Shown: piece after piece, positions 59,570 through 64,000 of the stretch | How positions within the stretch are numbered: position 1 is the first letter of the stretch | Layout of the letters: the number at the start of each line of letters is the position of its first letter | Assembly (NCBI GenBank): GCA_964016885.1 | Contig: OZ024743.1 | Location: 141,918,001 to 141,982,000, forward strand | Direction: 5' to 3' | Length of the DNA stretch: 64,000 bases | Source: Eledone cirrhosa | Taxonomy: Eukaryota | Notes under the pieces: generated by a model | Seen by the model: the letters and a program-made list of their open reading frames with translations, nothing else | Database searches by the model: none | What the model was told of the DNA's origin: nothing | Program-made: the position numbers and the translations under genes

Positions 59570-62500
59570 CTTGGTGTTTGGTGCTTGGTGCTTGGTGTTT
59601 GGTGTTTGGTGTTTGGTGCTTGGTGCTTGGTGTTTGGTGCTTGGTGCTTGGTGCTGGGTGGTTGGTATTTGGTGCTTGGTGCTTGGTGTTTGGTGCTTGG
59701 TGCTTGGTGCTTGGTGTTTGGTGCTTGGTGCTTGGTGCTTGGTCTTTGGTGCTTGGTGTTTGGTGTTTGGTGCTTGGTGCTTTGTGTTTGGTGCTTGGTG
59801 ATTAGTGTTTGGTGCTTGGTGCTTGGGGTTTGGTGTTTGGTGCTTGGTACTTGGTGTTTGGTGCTTGGTGTTTGGTGTTTGCTGTTTGGTGTTTGGTGTT
59901 TGGTGTTTGCTGTTTGGTGTCTGCTTTTTGGTGTTTGGTGTTTGCTGTATGATGTTTGCTGTTTCGTGTTTGGTGTTTGCTGTTTGGTGTTTGGTGTTTG
60001 CTGTTTGGTGTTTGGTCTTTGGTGCTTGGTGTTTGGTGCTTGGTGCTGGGTGTTTGGTGTTTGGTGCTTGGTGTTTGGTGTTTGGTGCTTGGTGCTTGGT
60101 GCTTGGTGTTTGCTGTTTGGTGTTTGGTGCTTGGTGTCTGGTGCTTGGTGTTTGGTGTTTGGTGTTTGGTGCTTGGTGTTTGGTGTTTGGTGTTTGGTGC
60201 TTGTTGCTTGGTGCTTGGTGCTTGGTGTTTGGTGCTTGGTGCTTGGTGTTTGGTGCTGGGTGCTTGGTGTTTGGTGCTTGGTGCTTGGTGCTTGGTGTTT
60301 GGTGTTTGGTGCTTGGTGCTTGGTGTTTGGTGTTTGGTGTTATATGCTTGGTGTTTGATGCTTGGTGCTTGGTGCTTGGTGTTTGGTGTTTGGTGCTTGG
60401 TGTTTTATGCTTGGTGTTTGATGTTTGGTGCTTGGTGCTTGGTGTTTGGTGCTTGGTGCTTGGTGTTTATACTTGGTGCTTGGTGCTTGGTTCTTGGTGT
60501 TTGGTGCTTGGTGCTTGGTGCTTGGTGCTTGGTGTTTGGTGCTTGGTGTTTGGTGCTTGGTGCCTGGTGCTTGGTGCTTGGTGCTTGGTGTTTGGTGCTT
60601 GGTGTTTGGTGCTTGGTATTAGGTATTTGGTGCTTGGTGCTTGGTGTTTGGTGTTTGGTGCTTGGTGTTTGGTGCTTGGTGCTTGGTGTTTGGTGTTTGG
60701 TGCTTGGTGTTTGGTGCTTGGTACTTGGTGCTTGGTGCTTGGTGTTAGGTGTTTGGTGCTTGGTGCTTGGTGTTTGGTTTTTGGTGCTTGGTGCTTGGTG
60801 TTTGGTGTTTGGTGCTTGCTGCTGGCTGCTTGGTGTTTGGTGCTTGGTGATTGGTGCTTGGTGTTTGGTGCTTGGTGTTTGGTGTTTGCTGTTTGGTGTT
60901 TGGTGTTTGGTGTTTGCTGTTTCGTGTCTGCTTTTTGGTGTTTGGTGTTTGCTGTTTGTTATTTGCTGTTTGGTGTTTGGTGTTTGGTGTTTGGTGCTTG
61001 GTGCTTGGTGTTTGGTGCTTGGTGCTTGGTGTTTGGTGCCTGGTGCTTGGTGCTTGGTGTTTGGTGTTTGGTGCTTGGAGTTTGGTGTTTGGTGCTTGGT
61101 GCTTGGTGTTTTGTGTTTGGTGTTTGGTTTTTGGTGCTTGGTGCTTGGTGCTTGGTGCTTGGTCCTTGGTGTTTGGTACTTGGTGCTTGGTGTTTGTACT
61201 TGGTGCTTGGTGCTTGGTGTTTGGTGTTTGGTGCTTGGTGTTTGGTGCCTGGTGCTTGGTGCTTGGTGTTTGGTGCTTGGTGTTTGGTGTTTGCTGTTTT
61301 GTGTATGGTGTTTGGTGTTTGGTGTTTGCTGTTTGGTGTCTGCTTTTTGGTGTTTGGTGTTTGCTGTATGGTGTTTGCTGTTTCGTGTTTGGTGTTTGCT
61401 GTTTGGTGTTTGGTGTTTGCTGTTTGGTGTTTGGTCTTTGGTGGTTGGTGTTTGGTGCTTGGTGCTTGGTGTTTGGTGTTTGGTGCTTGGTGCTTCGTGC
61501 TTCGTGTTTGGTGTTTGGTGCTTGGTGTCTGGAGCTTGGTGTTTGGTGTTTGGTGCTTGGTGTTTGGTGTTTGGTGCTTGGTGCTTGGTGTTTGGTGCTT
61601 GGTGCTTGGTGTTTGTACTTGGTGCTTGGTGCTTGGTGCTTGGTGCTTGGTTCTTGGTGTTTGGTGCTTGGTGTTTGGTGCTTGGTGTTTGGTGCTTGGT
61701 GTTGGTGTTTGGTGTTTTGTGTTTGGTGCTTGGTGCTTGGTGTTTGGTGCTTGGTGCTTGGTGCTGGGTGGTTGGTATTTGGTGCTTGGTGTTTTATTCT
61801 TGGTGTTTGACGTTTGGTGCTTGGTGCTTGGTGTTTGGTGCTTGGTGCTTGGTGTTTATACTTGGTGCTTGGTGCTTGGTTCTTGGTGTTTGGTGCTTGG
61901 TGCTTGGTGCTTGGTGCTTGGTGTTTGGTGCTTGGTGTTTGGTGCTTGGTGCCTGGTGCTTGGTGCTTGGTGCTTGGTGTTTGGTGCTTGGTGTTTGGTG
62001 CTTGGTATTAGGTATTTGGTGCTTGGTGCTTGGTGTTTGGTGTTTGGTGCTTGGTGTTTGGTGCTTGGTGCTTGGTGTTTGGTGTTTGGTGCTTGGTGTT
62101 TGGTGCTTGGTACTTGGTGCTTGGTGCTTGGTGTTAGGTGTTTGGTGCTTGGTGCTTGGTGTTTGGTTTTTGGTGCTTGGTGCTTGGTGTTTGGTGTTTG
62201 GTGCTTGCTGCTGGCTGCTTGGTGTTTGGTGCTTGGTGATTGGTGCTTGGTGTTTGGTGCTTGGTGTTTGGTGTTTGGTACTAGGTGCTTGGTGCTTGGT
62301 GTTTGGTGCTTGGTGCTTGGTGTTTGGTGTTTGGTGCTTGGTGTTTGGTGCTTGGTGCTGGGTTCTGGGTGGTTGGTCTTTGGTGCTTGGTGTTTGCTGC
62401 TTGGTGTTTGGTGCTTGGTGCTTGGTGTTTGGTGTTTGGTGCTTGGTGTTTGGTGCTTGGTGCTTGGTGTTTGGTGTTTGGTGCTTGGTGTTTGGTGCTT

Positions 62501-62800
62501 GGTACTTGGTGCTTGGTGCTTGGTGTTAGGTGTTTGGTGCTTGGTGCTTGGTGTTTGGTTTTTGGTGCTTGGTGCTTGGTGTTTGGTGTTTGGTGCTTGC
62601 TGCTGGCTGCTTGGTGTTTGGTGCTTGGTGATTGGTGCTTGGTGTTTGGTGCTTGGTGTTTGGTGTTTGCTGTTTGGTGTTTGGTGTTTGGTGTTTGCTG
62701 TTTCGTGTCTGCTTTTTGGTGTTTGGTGTTTGCTGTTTGTTATTTGCTGTTTGGTGTTTGGTGTTTGGTGTTTGGTGCTGGGTGCTTGGTGTTTGGTGCT
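59570..62800 (+). repeat. Copy of about 52.0-53.3 kb (+7541) followed by local re-duplications (+1389, +1781)
   Basis: ORF pairs 52264/59805, 52415/59956 and 52884/60425 (+7541); 60425/61814 (+1389); 60851/62632 (+1781). TTATAC at 52926, 60467 and 61856. Confidence 0.8.
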
Positions 62801-64000
62801 TGGTGCTTGGTGTTTGGTGTTTGGTGTTTGGTGTTTGGTGTTTGGTGCTTGGTGCTTGGTGATTGGTGTTTGGTGCTTGGTGCTTGGTGTTTGGTGCTTG
62901 GTGCTTAGTGTTTGGTGCTAGGTGCTTGGGGTTTGGTGTTTGGTGCTTGGTGCTTGGTGTTTGGTGCTTGGTGCTTGGTGTTTGGTGTTTGGTGCTTGGT
63001 GCTTGGTGTTTGGTGTTTGCTGTTTGCTGTTTGGTGTTTGTTGTTTGGTGTTTGTTGTTTGGTGTTTGCTGTTTGGTGTTTGCTGTTTGGTGTTTGCTGT
63101 TTGGTGTCTGCTTTTTGGTGTTTGGTGTTTGCTGTATGTTATTTGCTGTTTGGTGTTTGGTGTTTGGTGTTTGGTGCTTGGTGCTTGGTGTTTGGTGCTT
63201 GGTGCTTGGTGTTTGGTGCCTGGTGCTAGGTGCTTGGTGTTTGGTGTTTGGTGCTTGGAGTTTGGTGTTTGGTGCTTGGTGCTTGGTGTTTTGTGTTTGG
63301 TGTTTGGTTTTTGGTGCTTGGTGCTTGGTGCTTGGTGCTTGGTCCTTGGTGTTTGGTGCTTGGTGCTTGGTGTTTGTACTTGGTGCTTGGTGCTTGGTGT
63401 TTGGTTCTTGGTTCTTGGTGTTTGGTACTTGGTGCTTGGTGCTTGGTGCTTGGTGTTTGGTGTTTGGTGCTTGGTGCTTGGTGTTTGGTGCTTGGTGTTT
63501 GGTGTTTGCTGTTTGGTGTTTGGTGTTTGGTGTTTGCTGTTTGCTGTTTGGTGTCTGCTTTTTGGTGTTTGGTGTTTGCTGTATGGTGTTTGCTGTTTCG
63601 TGTTTGGTGTTTGCTGTTTGGTGTTTGGTGTTTGCTGTTTGGTGTTTGGTCTTTGGTGCTTGGTGTTTGGTGCTTGGTGCTTGGTGTTTGGTGTTTGGTG
63701 CTTGGTGCTTGGTGCTTCGTGTTTGGTGTTTGGTGCTTGGTGTCTGGAGCTTGGTGTTTGGTGTTTGGTGCTTGGTGTTTGGTGTTTTGTGCTTGGTGCT
63801 TGGTGTTTGGTGCTTGGTGCTTGGTGTTTGTACTTGGTGCTTGGTGCTTGGTGTTTGGTGCTTGGTTCTTGGTGTTTGGTGCTTGGTGTTTGGTGCTTGG
63901 TGCTTGGTGTTTGGTGCTTGGTGCTTGGTGCTTGGTGCTTGGTGTTAGGTGTTTGGTGCTTGGTGCTTGGTGTTTGGTGTTTGGTTCTTGGTGCTTGGTA

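Larger units (their letters stand above)
1..64000 (+). repeat. Heptamer tandem satellite array (TTGGTGY)n, about 9,100 monomers, running off both window ends
   Basis: Every line parses as TTGGTGC or TTGGTGT plus point variants (TTGCTGT, TTGGTAC, TTGATGC, TAGGTGY, TTGGGGY, TTGGTGA, TTAGTGT). The + strand is G/T-rich and almost A-free throughout. All frames give the same 7-residue peptide period. Confidence 0.99.

Noticed and set aside
8-63948. Hundreds of + strand ORFs up to 1054 aa resembling Trp/Cys-rich membrane proteins
   Set aside because: The stop-free 7-mer gives the same peptide in all three frames. Starts are mostly TTG/GTG from the repeat, stops are sporadic variants, 5/6/8-bp monomers shift frames freely, and there is no unique domain.
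1-64000. CRISPR-like reading with GGTGATTAGTG boxes as repeats and intervening DNA as spacers
   Set aside because: Intervals range from about 150 bp to over 3 kb and consist of the same satellite. There are no unique spacers, leader or cas genes.
1-64000. Freshly telomerase-synthesised tract
   Set aside because: Variant order is copied over kilobases and includes many substitution types, which indicates DNA-level duplication. TTAGG and TTGGGG occur only as isolated point variants.
1-64000. Assignment to known heptamer families (Drosophila virilis-group AAACTAC/AAACAAC satellites, cyanobacterial STRR repeats)
   Set aside because: Resemblance is only partial over 7 bp, which is weak evidence. 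STRR tracts are short and lie among genes, and nothing here gives taxonomic signal.
1-64000. Pure sequencing or amplification artefact
   Set aside because: Rare variants recur in consistent flanking haplotypes with graded divergence between copies, which random error would not produce. Copy number of individual blocks still needs read support.

Overview
The whole 64 kb window is one uninterrupted, single-orientation tandem array of a 7-bp monomer, TTGGTGY (TTGGTGC and TTGGTGT interspersed; minus strand RCACCAA), about 9,100 monomers. I see no unique sequence, credible gene, RNA gene, transposon, CRISPR array or inversion. The ORFs are artefacts: 7 is coprime with 3 and the consensus has no stop codon, so every + frame reads WCLV(L/F)G(A/V) and every - frame reads P(S/N)TKHQ(T/A). 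The information lies in the order of monomer variants, which shows nested higher-order repeats: 21-bp, 119-bp and 454-bp sub-modules, near-identical tandem duplications of 3285, 2776 and 3791 bp, a degenerate 5.6-7.8 kb super-unit in the centre, and blocks shared across about 35 kb. This fits eukaryotic satellite heterochromatin (centromeric, pericentromeric or subtelomeric). The organism cannot be determined from this window. All coordinates and counts were read by eye, aided by offsets between matching ORF translations.
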